A DNA stretch of 64,000 nt, taken from assembly GCA_001179505.1 (NCBI GenBank), contig CDMY01000461.1, positions 8,066 to 72,065 of the forward strand, given 5' to 3'. This document shows, piece after piece, positions 36,080-48,351 of the stretch (the stretch's first letter is position 1; every line of letters starts with the position of its first letter). This stretch comes from Vitrella brassicaformis CCMP3155. Lineage: Eukaryota > Protista > Chromerida. The position numbers and the translations under genes are program-made. A model generated the notes under the pieces. That model was not told the origin of the DNA and ran no database searches. It saw only the letters and a list, made by a program, of their open reading frames with translations.

Positions 36080-37320
36080 TCAGAGCCCCCAGGACGTTGC
36101 GCTGGCCGTTGCTGGATCGCTGTGTGGACCAGAAGTTGCCGAGTGGCCCTGTGAAGGGGGGGCTGCATATGTTGTCGATCTGCACGGGGGTGACGTCGTA
36201 CGGATGCGCCAGAGGTTCTCGAGCTTGAGCCGGCCGCGGAAGAACGCCGGGAAGAGGCTCGCCAGCGGCACCGTCAGCTTCCTCAGGGCGGCATCCCACC
36301 TGCAGACAGACAGACAGACAGATGATGGATGGATGGATGGATGGTCCCCCCCTCCCCCTCTCTCTGCGCGCCCCGCTGTCTCTCTGTCTCACCATAGCTG
36401 AGTAGCCGACATACGGAAACGCATGAAAATCCAGAATGCCCCGTCCTCATTGATGGCCGGCTGGGGCACGCTGTTGATGGCATACAGGTAGTACGGCCTG
36501 TTCGCTTTCACCGCACAGAGATAAGGAGAGAGAGACACACATATGCGTGTCGTTGGGATGCAGATTTGCGCTAGGTAGGAGGTGTAGTGCATTTGCATGT
36601 TGTGTGTGGGGGCGTGTCTCGACCGACATACCACTCGTTGAGGATGACGAGCTTCTCTGGAAAGCTAACGCCGATGGGGGTCGACTGCAAACACACATAT
36701 CGGGATTTCGATACGCAAAGGACTCATCCATTCGCAGCCACTTTATCGGTCTTGTTCCTTCGACGACTCTCGTGCTGCTTCGTCCCGTTGCTGTCGTAGA
36801 ATCGAGATCAAGAACACCTGCACACTCAGCCACGAAAGCGGACACCGCACGCACGATGGTCCGTTCACGCCATCAGAGGACCGACACTGCAAAAGGTACG
36901 CCTCTCTTTTGTACCTGTCTCAACTTCCTTGGGCAGCAGCTGCTTGGACAGGTACGTACGACAGGCGCTTTGTCCACTTCCCTGGCGAGACACACACATA
37001 GACATGTCGCATGCGTCTCCCTTTCGTGACAAATTCCTGTCAGTCTTTAGCGCTGTTGTGGGGAGCCCGATCAATGCTTCCTCCGGCGATTGTCCCTTCT
37101 GAAACCAACACAAACACAGGTCAGCACCCTCACTGTCACGCCCACCTGCAGACACACGAGCAGACTCCTGCACACAGACATCCACACACTTTGCACTGCA
37201 CTCATGCGCGTCTCCCTCCCTCCCTCCCCTTTCATCGTTGTCTTCGGAAGCCGGCCCTCCTTTGACTGCAGCATTAGAGCACCATCCCTACCACGAAGAA
37301 ATCTCATCTTGCACGAGAGC
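36080..37320 (-). CDS. Hypothetical spliced protein (orphan); structure uncertain
   Basis: Exon-like segments NRPYYLYAINSVPQPAINEDGAFWIFMRF and WDAALRKLTVPLASLFPAFFRGRLKLENLWRIR join in frame via GT-AG. The 5' end is unresolved. Confidence 0.35.
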
Positions 37321-38292
37321 ATATATGGCTCTCTGTTATGTTTTCCTCGCCTCCATCTGATTGATTGACAGCGGACAGGAAGCTGGGCAAAGACCACCGA
37401 CCAGCAGCAAATGAGGAATCCATGGAATCACTGTCATGTCTCACTCTCACCTCGCCGGCGGGTGGGCCAACGATGGACATTGATGAGTAAGGAAGGGTCT
37501 TCAGATATGAAATGTAGGCGGCGATCTGACACACATACAAAAATAGGTGGAGACATGCTTACGTGAGGTTGTTGGCAAACCCTATCGCGGCAGGTGGCCC
37601 CGTACTTCCTGAAGTCGCGTAGTCGTTGCCACACCTCCTGGCGATTGCCGGTCCTGGTAAAGGTCGAAGGGGTCGGCCTCCTCCCACACGTATCCGACTC
37701 ATCAGTCCCTTACCTGTCGCGGCCTTGACGAGTGCGCACTCGGCCTGGTCCCTCTCGAGCCCAATGCTCATGAGAATCCCCACCTCCTCGTCGGCCAGCT
37801 GTGCGCTGTCACCACTGCCGTCACCTGCAGCAGCCCCCCACCCACTGCGGTCTGCGGCTAGCGGCGTGAGGACGGGAGGGTCGTTGATGTCCGGGTCGTC
37901 CATGTGTGCGATTAGCCACTCGAGGGCCGCATCGGGAGTGGCGTTGGGGACCGCCAAGACGGCACGACTGACGCACAGCACACATCAGTCAGTGACACAT
38001 AGAGGTGTGTGAGGAGGGTCTCGGCTCTCTTTGGTTGTGTTTTGTTTGTGGTCACTCACTTGGCGGCGTTTTCCGAGTAGCCCATAGAGACCAGCTGCGC
38101 CACCACCATCTCATCAGGCACCTTAGCCGGGGAACCACCATCGCCTTTGCCCCCGCCACCGCGTTTGGCAGCAGCGGCCCCCTTGACGTTGGTGCGGTAG
38201 AGGTCGGATTGGTCGTCGCTGTGGCGGGACAGCAGCAGGTCCACAGCCGCCTCGACAGCCATGCCATTGGGAACACGCAGCGCCGCTTCCCT
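37304..38292 (-). pseudogene. Mosaic of duplicated UBA exons related to the USP5/13 gene plus a frameshifted VWEExDPF module
   Basis: [20 protein letters not shown] / RAVLAVPNATPDAALEWLIAHMDDPDINDPP / LMSIGLERDQAECALVK closely match 46790-47170 with the same splice sites. Followed by a frame-disrupted segment. Confidence 0.65.
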
Positions 38293-38334
38293 GTGGGAGC
38301 CATCAGCCACACACAGACATGCAGGTGTGAGCGA

Positions 38335-39063
38335 TTAATCGATTGCATCACGCCCCTCGCTGTCTGTCTGTCTGTCTGTCGACGCGTGGGAAAGAGTCTC
38401 GTGAGATATAAAATGTAGGCGGCGATCTGACACACATACAGCGACGGAGATTGTGTCTCTGTATCTGTGAGGCGAAAGTGTTGCTCGCCTCCTTCTCCAC
38501 CTTGAGCGCATCCCTCTCCTGCTTGACCGCCGCCAGCTCCTCCTTGAGCGTCGCGAGCTCCGCCTCCAACTCGTCGCGGGTCTTTGTCTGTCTCTGATGA
38601 CAACACACGCACACACACACACCATGAATGAGCAGACCTCAGAGATGCAGCGGCACATGTGCAGCTGTGAAGTGCTGTGCAGTTCGGTTACCGGGGGCTG
38701 CCCTGGTGGCCGCTCGATGGAGGCTTGGATGAGCATGGCGTGGCAGCGGTCGCGGGCCTGGTTGGAGAGGGCGTTGAAGCGCAGCTCGAACTCCTGCATA
38801 TATTCACGATGATGGACACAGTGAGTGAGTGCAAGGATGGACATATGTTCGGTCTCTCCTCGGAAGAGTGTTTGTTTCCATCTTAAAGCACGTACGTAAC
38901 TCACGTCAATGAAGTGCACCTTCATCTCCCAGAGCTTCCACATGAAGACGACGGGGTCGTCGTCGAAGTTTGGCCAGTCGATGTCCTTGGGGTCCTCTGG
39001 AATGGTGGTCTCGTACCAGTCCTCGACGACCTCAGGATCCAGCACGTACCTGACCTCCGACAT
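38335..39063 (-). CDS. Hypothetical protein with C-terminal coiled coil; may be spliced to the downstream UBA exons
   Basis: MSEVRYVLDPEVVEDWYETTIPEDPKDIDWPNFDDDPVVFMWKLWEMKVHFID, EYMQEFELRFNALSNQARDRCHAML and RDELEAELATLKEELAAVKQERDALK have coding-like codon usage and are separated by intron-like DNA. Confidence 0.6.
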   Translation of the reverse strand: MSEVRYVLDPEVVEDWYETTIPEDPKDIDWPNFDDDPVVFMWKLWEMKVHFIDVSYVRALRWKQTLFRGETEHMSILALTHCVHHREYMQEFELRFNALSNQARDRCHAMLIQASIERPPGQPPVTELHSTSQLHMCRCISEVCSFMVCVCACVVIRDRQRPATSWRRSSRRSRRSWRRSSRRGMRSRWRRRRATLSPHRYRDTISVAVCVSDRRLHFISHETLSHASTDRQTDSEGRDAID

Positions 39064-39602
39064 CCTCTCGCACTGCCTATGGAGTGGGGGCGAGGGAGCT
39101 GGTGGTGGTGGTCAAGGTGGTGGTGGCGGGGAGTGAGGGTGAGGAAGAGGTGGACGAGAGCGGGCTAAGGGAGCTGCCACTGCGGGCTAAGAGGAGGACG
39201 ATGAAGGGGATCAGGACCAAGGGTTTGGGTTCGTTTTCCGCACAAATGTCGGCCATCCACCCCTGCAGCCGGGATGCGCTGACATGGGCAGGTCGCACGG
39301 TCTTCCTGATGGCGTTGGGGAATGGCAGGCCTTGATAGGGGAAGAGGAAGAAGAACAATGGCTTTCCTCCAATGGGAAAAAAAGAGAAAACATGCGTCTC
39401 CATTTTTTCTCTTTGCCGTCTCGATTCTCGCCAGTACCGATTCTCGCCCAAAGAGTGACGCCGTTGTCGGAATCGTGTGCCACCAGCCAGCCGACCACAT
39501 GGTAAGACGAAAACAAAACAAGATCACGCCGCCACAATGTCATTCCGCCATGCCTTCAACGCAATGGATGGTGAGGACCGTCAGATGGAGGAAGGAAAGG
39601 AT

Positions 39603-39695
39603 CTTTGTGCCTTTCAAATGCATGTCGACAGGCGGACGTCTACACGCACAGACGGATGGGGAGACACTCGGGAGGGAGGGATGGGTGATGGGATG
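39603..39695 (+). repeat. About 95-bp dispersed repeat; second copy inverted at 62732-62842
   Basis: CTTTGTGCC.TTCAAATG..GTCGACAG..GGACGTCTACAC.CACAGACGGATGGGGAGACACTCGGG..GAGGGAGGG is present at both sites. Confidence 0.8.
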
Positions 39696-39897
39696 CTTAC
39701 CTGCGACAACGCGTCACATATATGATTCAATCGAGCTGTATGCCGTGCACACATGCAGCCCCACACACACGTCACGCTGTCTGAACAGTGTGCACCCATC
39801 TATGGTGCGGACATACATACAGCCAAGACGAAAAACCACACCGATGAACAAGCGAACCAACCGACAGACAGCGCACACGCAGAGAAGTCAGAGTGTG

Positions 39898-40931
39898 CTA
39901 TGCATGGGCTTCGATCTCCTGCTTCCTTGCCTTCCGCCTCTCCTTCTTGCGCTGAAACTTGGCCTTGAGGGCCTCGATCTTCGACTCGGACAGCTGCTTC
40001 CCCTTCGGCCGCTTCTTTGCACGACGCCTGCATCCAACACGCACATACACACACACAGATGCATCCTTTGCGCCGCTCGATGTTTCCACACGCACGCACG
40101 CACCTTTTCGATTTGTCAGAGGCTTCGGTTGTTCCCTCTTGAGTGGCATTCTCCACAGTGCTGTTGCGAGCCCTCTTCTTGCCGCCCTTGTGTGTGGGGC
40201 CCTCATCATCGCCGTCAGCTTGGGGCTGCTCGTCGGTCTCGGTCTCGCCCCGCTTTCTCTTCTGCCTCCTGGTCTCCCTGTCGGTGGCCTCTTGTGCGAT
40301 GCGCCTCTTGGTCTCCTCCATGGCACTGACGCGCTTCTGGTGAAACTGCACCAACACACCCACACCAGACACACAGATACCGGGACGATATGTGGGCCTG
40401 TAGGTGTGTGCATGGACGTCGTATGCATTCATACAGGGCTGGCTGGCCGGCTGGGTGACCGACCTTTGATTCGATGTGTCGCTCGAGGTCGATGTCGTTG
40501 AGCAGCACCTTCTCGGGACACAGCTTGCAGTAGAACTTGCCGCGGAAGTCCCGATCCATCTCATCATCGGCATCCTCATCCTCGCCCTCCTCACCCTCAC
40601 CATCGTCTTCGTCTGCACCTGCATCATCCGGCTGTTGAGGCGGCGTCACTCGCCTGTCCCTTCCTTTGACGGCAGCCTCCCGATCTGAAAGCACAAAGGA
40701 AGGCCACCATTTCCTCGCCCTCTTCTGTGTCTGTGGGCTCCTTTCACCTTCACGTAGCGTCCCATCGTCGCCCTCATCCTCTGCCTCAGCCTCTTCCTCT
40801 TCCTCGTCGCCCAAATGCTCTCTATCGTCATCTGAATCGTCTTCCGACTCATCGCCCTCGTCCGGCTCCTCGTCACTGTCATCTGGATCAGGGTTGGACG
40901 CGTCCAGGAAGGCCAGGGCACGCTTGAACAT
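39898..40931 (-). CDS. C2H2 zinc-finger protein with acidic N-terminus and Lys/Arg-rich tail (nucleolar-type)
   Basis: FYCKLCPEKVLLNDIDLERHIESK|FHQKR, D/E-rich tracts, and the end KAKFQRKKERRKARKQEIEAHA*. Confidence 0.75.
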
Positions 40932-41148
40932 CGGCACGGTCGATGAAGGATGGAACGGATCTGGCTGATCTTGATGGAAAACTGATGATCGAATAGTCTA
41001 CAAACGCCTTCTGTCCTCTCACACTCACTCGCAGCGATGGGGCAAAATGAGATCTGCACAGCTCGCAGCTAAGCTCGCAGGTGAGGTCAGCAACTTTTTC
41101 AGTTGCCTCGGCCACAAACAAGTGATTATAGAGGTGCAGGCTTCGAGA

Positions 41149-42288
41149 ATGAACGCCTTGTTCAGTCGGCTGAGTCTTCGTGATGACGGCGGCGAGGTGA
41201 GGATTTCGTCCCAATCGGGGCAGTCGGCCTCGTTCAAATGGAGCCCAGGGGCCTCCTACGCCGACTTCCAGAAGGAGTTCACCGAGGCCTGCTGCGAACT
41301 CTTCGGCACCAAAGACAGGGAGGCATTCAGCATCCAGGTCAGCCATCAAGACACGTAGACTGTGAGCAGACATGCCATGGGATGCGTTGTGTGGTTCAGG
41401 CCGGTGCTGACAACCCGACTCTTGTTGCCCTGAGGGACGTCTTCAAGGGCAAAGTGACGGCCGTCACACTCGTGGTAAGACATCACAACCGGGGAGGGCA
41501 TGGCCATCCCATCACGTGCTGCTTGTTCTCTGTCTTGTGTTGATTCGTCAGCCGTCGGGCGGGAAGCTGGAAGACGCGACGGCTGCCACCCGCCCCACCT
41601 CTGCACCCTCCCTTGCACCCGCCCCACCTCTGCCACCTCTCCACCCGGACAAGCCATCCGGCCTACTCGCCGCCCCACCAGGTGCGATGAAGGCAGGCAG
41701 ATTAAACATCGGCTGGCTGATGTTTGGTGCCGTTTTTGTGTGCAGGACCAGGTCGGATCAAGGGTCAGTCGGGTGCCAATGCGGCGGGGGGGAGCCAGAT
41801 CAAGTTCATTCAGCTGATGAACGCCAACAAGAACCCCAATCCCAGTGTGGACAAGAGCAAGCTGACCAAGGAGGAGGTCGCCAAACACAAAAAGGGCGAG
41901 GACGCTTGGACGATTCTCAACGGCAAGGTCTACCACATCTCGCCCTACCTCGACTTCCATCCTGGAGGTCAGTCCAGTCACCATACACACGCACACACAC
42001 ACCGACATGGGAACCTGGAGATTCATTGGCATGTGTGTGTGTGTGTGTGTGTGTTCGTGTGGTCTGGTCAGGCCGTGCGATACTGATGTCGGTAGCTGGG
42101 AAGGACTGCACAAGTCAGTTCAACAAATACCACCCGTGGGTCAACGCTGATGCGCTGCTGGGTGAGTGACGTGACCAGCACACCGCACCACACACACAGC
42201 CCAGCCTGCCGACTTTGCAGGGAAGCTGTTTCTCGGTCCCGTGAAGAGTTCGCTGCCAAAGCTGTCAGAGGAGGCAGACGAAGAGTGA
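41149..42288 (+). CDS. Cytochrome b5-like heme-binding protein with N-terminal extension
   Basis: LTKEEVAKHKKGEDAWTILNGKVYHISPYLDFHPG|G..GKDCTSQFNKYHPWVN has both heme His ligands. Spliced end GKLFLGPVKSSLPKLSEEADEE*. Confidence 0.9.
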
Positions 42289-42792
42289 TGATGATGATGT
42301 TGATGTCGGGCTGTGTATGTTTGTTGTGTGGCTGCATGTTGTTGCTGCATGGCAGGGGGTCCATCCAACCAAGTTGGCTGTGTGTGTAGAGCCGCATTTA
42401 TTGCTCATGCGGCGAGGGCCTTTTCTGTGTCGATATGTGAGTCTCTCTCTCTCTCTCTCTCTCTCTCGGCTCTCTCTGACGTGACCACTGTAGCGATACA
42501 CATACGTTTGTGTGAGCGGAGTGAAGCTCTCTGGCCAGGTGCATGATTGTACAGACATTGTCTGGGCGTAGTTGCTGCTTGCGGCATTTTTTCAGTTTCT
42601 TTTGCTCTCTTGACCTTTTGAGATGCCAAGTGAAAGGTCTGCACACATAATCCTGCCACTCTGCCAATTGAAAATAGGGTTTGGCGAGCTTTAACAGCCT
42701 CAAAGGTGTTTGAAGGCCGAAGGCGCGTGAGTTGTGTGAGGAGCACCTGCAGGGTGGCTTGTGACGTGTGGATCTGTGATCTGTGTGTGGTG

Positions 42793-45700
42793 ATGGTGTC
42801 TGAGACGGAGTTAGCGGCCGTGCGGTCGGCAATGCTCACCGTCCGCGTGCCCAATGCAAGCGACAAGGTCTTCAAAACCGAATGCCTCTTCAGGTCGGTG
42901 GCACGGCACCGACACACTGACTGACCGAAGAGGGAGGGAGAGATCTCTCACGCAACACACAGATCTACAAGTGTGTCGTGCTGTCTGTCTGCCTGCCTGT
43001 GTGGGTGTGGGTGTGGATGTGTTCAGTTTCGACACCGTCGAGTCGCCCGACGGCCTGTACATCAACATGAGGACGTTCGAGTGCTTCGGCAGGGACTTCG
43101 TGCAGCTGGACAGCGAACGCACCGGCAACAAGCTCTACTACCACATCAAAGACGTCAAGATCCCCAAGCCGCAAACCGAGGACACCGAGACCGGAGAGGC
43201 CAAGAAGGAGCCCACCAAGCTGGCGATTGGCGTCGAGGGCGGGTAAGTGCCATGGGCATCGTGGTGGACGGTGGGGACAGACAGAACAGACGAGGGTGGG
43301 AGGGAGCTGGTTGCGGTGATGATCTCTATTCCAAGAGGTTGCTACTGAAGTGGCCGTGTTGATACCTACACTGAACAATCCGAATCTGAGCAACCGATAC
43401 AGTCAGTCAGTCAGTCAGTCAGACAGGCGAGAAGAGTTTTGTGGGCGTCAGCGTCGTGTGATGACACGCGATTTTACCCACGCTTTTGATGCTTCCGAAG
43501 CGTCAAGGGCACGTGATACAGACAAACCGCTACCCTAGCCAAGCTGACCACTGCTGACGCCCACACATACACACATACACACACACACACACAGAGACAG
43601 AGAGAGAGAGAGAGAGAGCGAGAGAGAGTGCACAGTACACAGATGGCGCACGGATGGCTGCGTGTGGCTCTCTCTGTATGTGTGTGTCGTGTCAGATTCA
43701 TGGGGGGCGAGGCAGCGTTCGAGACAATATCGAGCACGTCGGTGGTGGTGCTGCCTGAGGGGTATGAGATCCCTCTCCCCTGCCAAGAGCTGCCCGAGAT
43801 CGTCATCCAGGTACACACACACACACACGGAAAGACGAAGAATGAATGCATGTGTGTGTGTCTGTGTGTCTGTGTATGTACTGTTCAGTGCATCACTGGG
43901 ATCACGGCTCACTCTGGCGGTGCGATTGAGGACCATCTCGCTGCATATGAGGAGGAACCGCCGAAGGTACCACAACACAACACAACACATTACACGCACA
44001 GTAGACGGACAGACAGACAGAACAGAATGGCCATCCCTCTCTGGTGTGCATGGTGGCGGTGTCTTGTGTTTGCTGTTTGCTGTCCTGTGGTGCAGCCGAG
44101 CAAGTACGCCGAGAATCTTATCCAGGTGGCCAACCCGCCTCAGATCCCTCCGGGGAACTGGAGGTGCGCCGAATGCGGCACCGGACAGAACCTCTGGCTC
44201 AACCTGTCCGACGGGTGAGAGGCGACGGGAGCACCATCCCTGTATGTGTGCTGTGTGACAAATGGACGTCTGTGTGTCTTTGCTGCCTGTCGTGTGTAGG
44301 TTCATCGGGTGTGGTCGGAAGCTGTATTCGGTGTGGGATGGCTGTGTCGGCGGGCAGGAGGGCGCGGCCATCAGGCACTACCAGGTCGGTGGGCGAGTTA
44401 ATTGTTCGTCCCGGCCACACACATGATTGTGCGAGTCTTTGGGCCATATTAGGACACTGGTTGCCAGTACCCCCTGGCTGTGAAGCTGGGCACCATCACC
44501 GCCCACACGGCAGACGTATACAGCTACGCCGCGGTGAGTTCTAACCTCGAGGACCCACACACACGACACTGACCGACTGACTGGCGACACTCGGAGCGAT
44601 CGACGTCCGCACTGGGGCTTATGTGGGTGTGTCCATGTGCGTGTGATTTAGGATGAGGACACCTCTGTGGAGGACCCGTACATAGCCAAACACCTCGCAC
44701 ACTTCGGCATCAACATTCAAAGCGTAACTGTGCCACATAGGATACGCGACATGGCGGCATGCGTCGCGTGTGCACATGGATGTGTGTGTGTGTGTGTTTA
44801 GCTTGAGAAGACTGAGAAGACGATGACGGAGATGTCGATTGAGCACAACATCAAGTACCAGTGGGACCGCATCACCGAGGCCAACAAGAAACTCATCCGC
44901 ATGGACGGACCAGGGTCAGTGAGGGAGACCACACACACAACACACACATGTCACCAGTCGTTCGTGTGTGTACCGACCGGTGCCATTCTTGTGTGTGTTT
45001 GTGTCAGCTACATCGGTCTGAAGAACCTCGGCAATAGCTGCTACATGAACTCTATCGTGCAGGTCACCCAAACCAGCCAATGCTCTTGACATCTCCCACT
45101 CTCCATGGGTGTGTGTCTCGGTGCAGGTGCTGTGCAGCCTCCCCGAGGCTCAGAAGAAGTTCTTCCAACACGCCGACGAGATCTTCAAGACGCTCCCACG
45201 GGTACGCGCGCATCCACATGACACCAAGATCAGATCACCCCCCCACACCCACACCGACACCGACTTGTCTCTCTCTGGCCACACACATGAATCAATAATC
45301 AGGACACGAGCGCATCCTCCGACTTCCTGACGCAGCTGTGCAAGCTGTGTGTGGGGCTGCTGAGCGACCGCTACCCCCAGCAGCACCAGGCCGTCATGGC
45401 CAAGCGCAAGGAGCTGGCTGCCGAGGGGGTCGATAACGCTTCGCTGTCGGAGGAGGGCACGTCGGTGTCGCCTGGCATGTTCAAGAGCGTCGTGGGCAAG
45501 GGGCATTACGAGTTCTCCTCCGGACGGTGAGCGCGAGTGAGAGAGAGAGAGAGAGAGACAGAGGGAGGGGCGGCCTCTATGTGTGTCTGTGTGGTGCATG
45601 TGTGGATGCAGTCAGCAGGATGCGTGTGAGTACTACCAGCACCTGATCAACTCGATGATGGCCGTGGCCGAGCGGCTGCTGCCCTCACGATCGCCCGGCG

Positions 45701-47795
45701 CCGCTGCAGCTGCCGGCATCGACTTCACGCGGCTCTTCAAGTACTATGTAGGTAATGCGATTCGGTAGAGACAGGAGAAGACAGGAATGCCTGTGTGTGG
45801 TGCGTGGGCAGGAGGAACATCGCTACGAGTGCCCCCAGACCAATCGCGTAAGCAGCGCTATGTGGAAGGATGGATGGCCTGATGTATGTGTGTTGTGTAT
45901 GTGCCCCCCACCAGGTCAAGTACAAGTTCAACGAGGAGGCCTTCCTGCTGCTGCCCGTCCCGGTCGAGTGCGCAACCAACAAGGAACAGGTACACACACG
46001 CGCACACAGACAGACAGACCGATACACACGCACACACACGGAGAGAGAGAGAGAGAGAGAGAGACTAGGCAGCCACACACAACACAACACCTGTTTCATC
46101 CGTGTGTCTTGTGTGTTTTTGCCTGCCTGGTCAGGTGCAGGAGTACGAGGAGCGCAAGGCCAAGCGACAAAAGACCGACGAGAAGGCCAAAGAGGTCTGC
46201 CAGCCACCACCCACACAGCCCGGGACAACCAACACACACACACCATGGGCACGTGTGTGTCCTGCGTGTCTGTGTGTATGTGTATGTGTGTGTTAGAAGG
46301 AGGAGGAGCCCATCCAGCCTCGTGTGCCCTTCAAGGCGTGCATCGACCAGTACTGCGGCCTGGGGGAGGTCGAGCTCAGATCGGAGGGACGAAATATCAT
46401 CTGCCACTCACGAGTGAGTCGAACAATGGGATGAGAGAAGTGCACCCCTGTCTGTGTTGTCTGTGTATGCCACACAGGCGCGCCCCATGACGTTCCCGCC
46501 CTACCTGTGGGTGGTGCTGAAGCGCTTCTACCAAAAGCCTGACTGGACCACCGCCAAACTGGAGGCACTCGTGGAGGTCGGTAACTAACAGGCCCACACG
46601 CACTCAACAAACCGATACACACCCGACCTCTCTTCTCTTTTCTGTCCATCAGATGCCGTCTGAGATCGACCTGGAGATGTTGCGCGGCAAGGGGCCGCAG
46701 CCCGACGAGACGGAGCTGCCGTCTGAGCCTGATGCGGCCACGGCTGGTGCTGGGGGTGGTGCTGCCCCCGCTGCTGCTGCTGATGCGGCTCCTGATGAGA
46801 TGGTGGTGGCGCAGCTGATGTCCATGGGCTACTCGAAAAACGCCGCTAAGTGAGAGGAAGAGACTCCTCGCCCTCTCAACTCTCTGCTTGTGTAATATGA
46901 TGTCCATGTCTGTCCATGTCTGTCCATGTCAGGCGTGCCTCTCTGGCTGCCCCCAACGCCACAGCGGACGCGGCTCTCGAGTGGCTGTTCGGCCACATGG
47001 ACGACCCCGACCTCAACGACCCTCCCGTCACCCCACAGCCAGCAGCCGCCGGCGGCGGTGGTGGTGGTGGTGGTGCCGCCCAGCTGGACGACGAGAAGGT
47101 GGCGAACCTCATGAGCATGGGGTTCGAGAAAGACCAGGCCGAGTGCGCACTCCTCAAGACCAACATGGGTGAGCTGGCAGACATGGGAGGACAAGACACC
47201 TTGGTGCATATGTGTCTGTGTGTGGTTGTGTTGGTGCAGATGTGGAGCGTGCGGTCGACTGGCTGTTCTCCCACACGGACACCTTGGCTGCTGAGGTGGC
47301 GGCCATGAAGGCCGAGAGGGAGGGCGGCGGCAACGAGGCATCCAACGGTGGCGGTGATGTACAGATGGGGGGCGTCAGCAAGAAAGACCAATACCTCGAT
47401 GGCGACGGTCAGCAAATCATCGGCCGTAGCGTAAATGCCCTGTGTGTGTATTATGGTGGTGTGTGTGTGTAAGTCAGGCAAGTATTCGCTGGTGGGGTTT
47501 GTGACTCAGATGGGCAGCAACCTCGCCTGTGGCCACTATGTGGCACACATCAACAAGGACGGCAAGTAAGGACCACTGACAAGAGAAGAGAAACACACTC
47601 TGCTCTCTCCCACTCTGAGTGAGTGGCGCCTCTCCTCCATCTCTATGTGTGTGTGGTGTTTCCTTTTCGTGTTCGTGTGTGTGACTGAACAGGTGGGTTG
47701 TGTATAACGATCGCAAGGTGGCCATCTCCGAGGAGCCGCCCTTCGAGTACGGTTACATGTACCTCTACAGGAGGAAGGACTACACGCCCAACTAG
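42793..47795 (+). CDS. USP5: Ubiquitin carboxyl-terminal hydrolase of the USP5/USP13/Ubp14 type (zf-UBP, UCH domain, two UBAs)
   Basis: [17 protein letters not shown] (zf-UBP), [13 protein letters not shown] (Cys box), QQDACEY, two UBA domains, GHYVAHI and YMYLYRR. About 19 exons. USP5 versus USP13 cannot be distinguished by eye. Confidence 0.96.
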
Positions 47796-48351
47796 CTCAC
47801 TCACTGACCGCCACTCGCCACTCCCTCACTCCCTCTCTCTCTCTCTCCCTCTCTCGAGGCTGTTGGTGTGTGAGTGTGACGCATTCCATTGCACTGCATG
47901 AGATGGGGCATACAGACGGGACTCTGCGATTTAAGAAATCCTCCTTTCTCCAGGGTTGGTTGGTTGGTTATTGTGTTTAACGAGACTCGTGTCTGTAACC
48001 CCGAGGGGATCCTGTCCAGGTCACGCACTAAACTAGCAGCATGCACATGCACAGAAGCATGCACACGGCCTGTCTCCCCATCCCACCCACCCACCCACCC
48101 ACTCGACACGCACGTGCCACCCTATGATGGCCAGAAGAATCGCTGTCGACACCGGTTGCAGATATACGAGAATGACAGCCAGAGATAGGCACGACACCCA
48201 GAGGCTAGTCAGAGAGCTCGACGTCGAGCGCCCACTGGTGTGAATTGCACTCGCCAAGCTGTTAGGGCTTCTCGTGAAACTCCTCCTCGCCACTTTGCCG
48301 GATCTACCGGATCACCCCCAGATCTGCCCACATCTCTCACTCCCGTCGACA

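Noticed and set aside
48216-48229. Perfect 14-bp palindrome GCTCGACGTCGAGC upstream of FAS1, with nearby CATGCA repeats
   Set aside because: Single occurrence, and TGCA-type words are common throughout the window, so there is no support for function.
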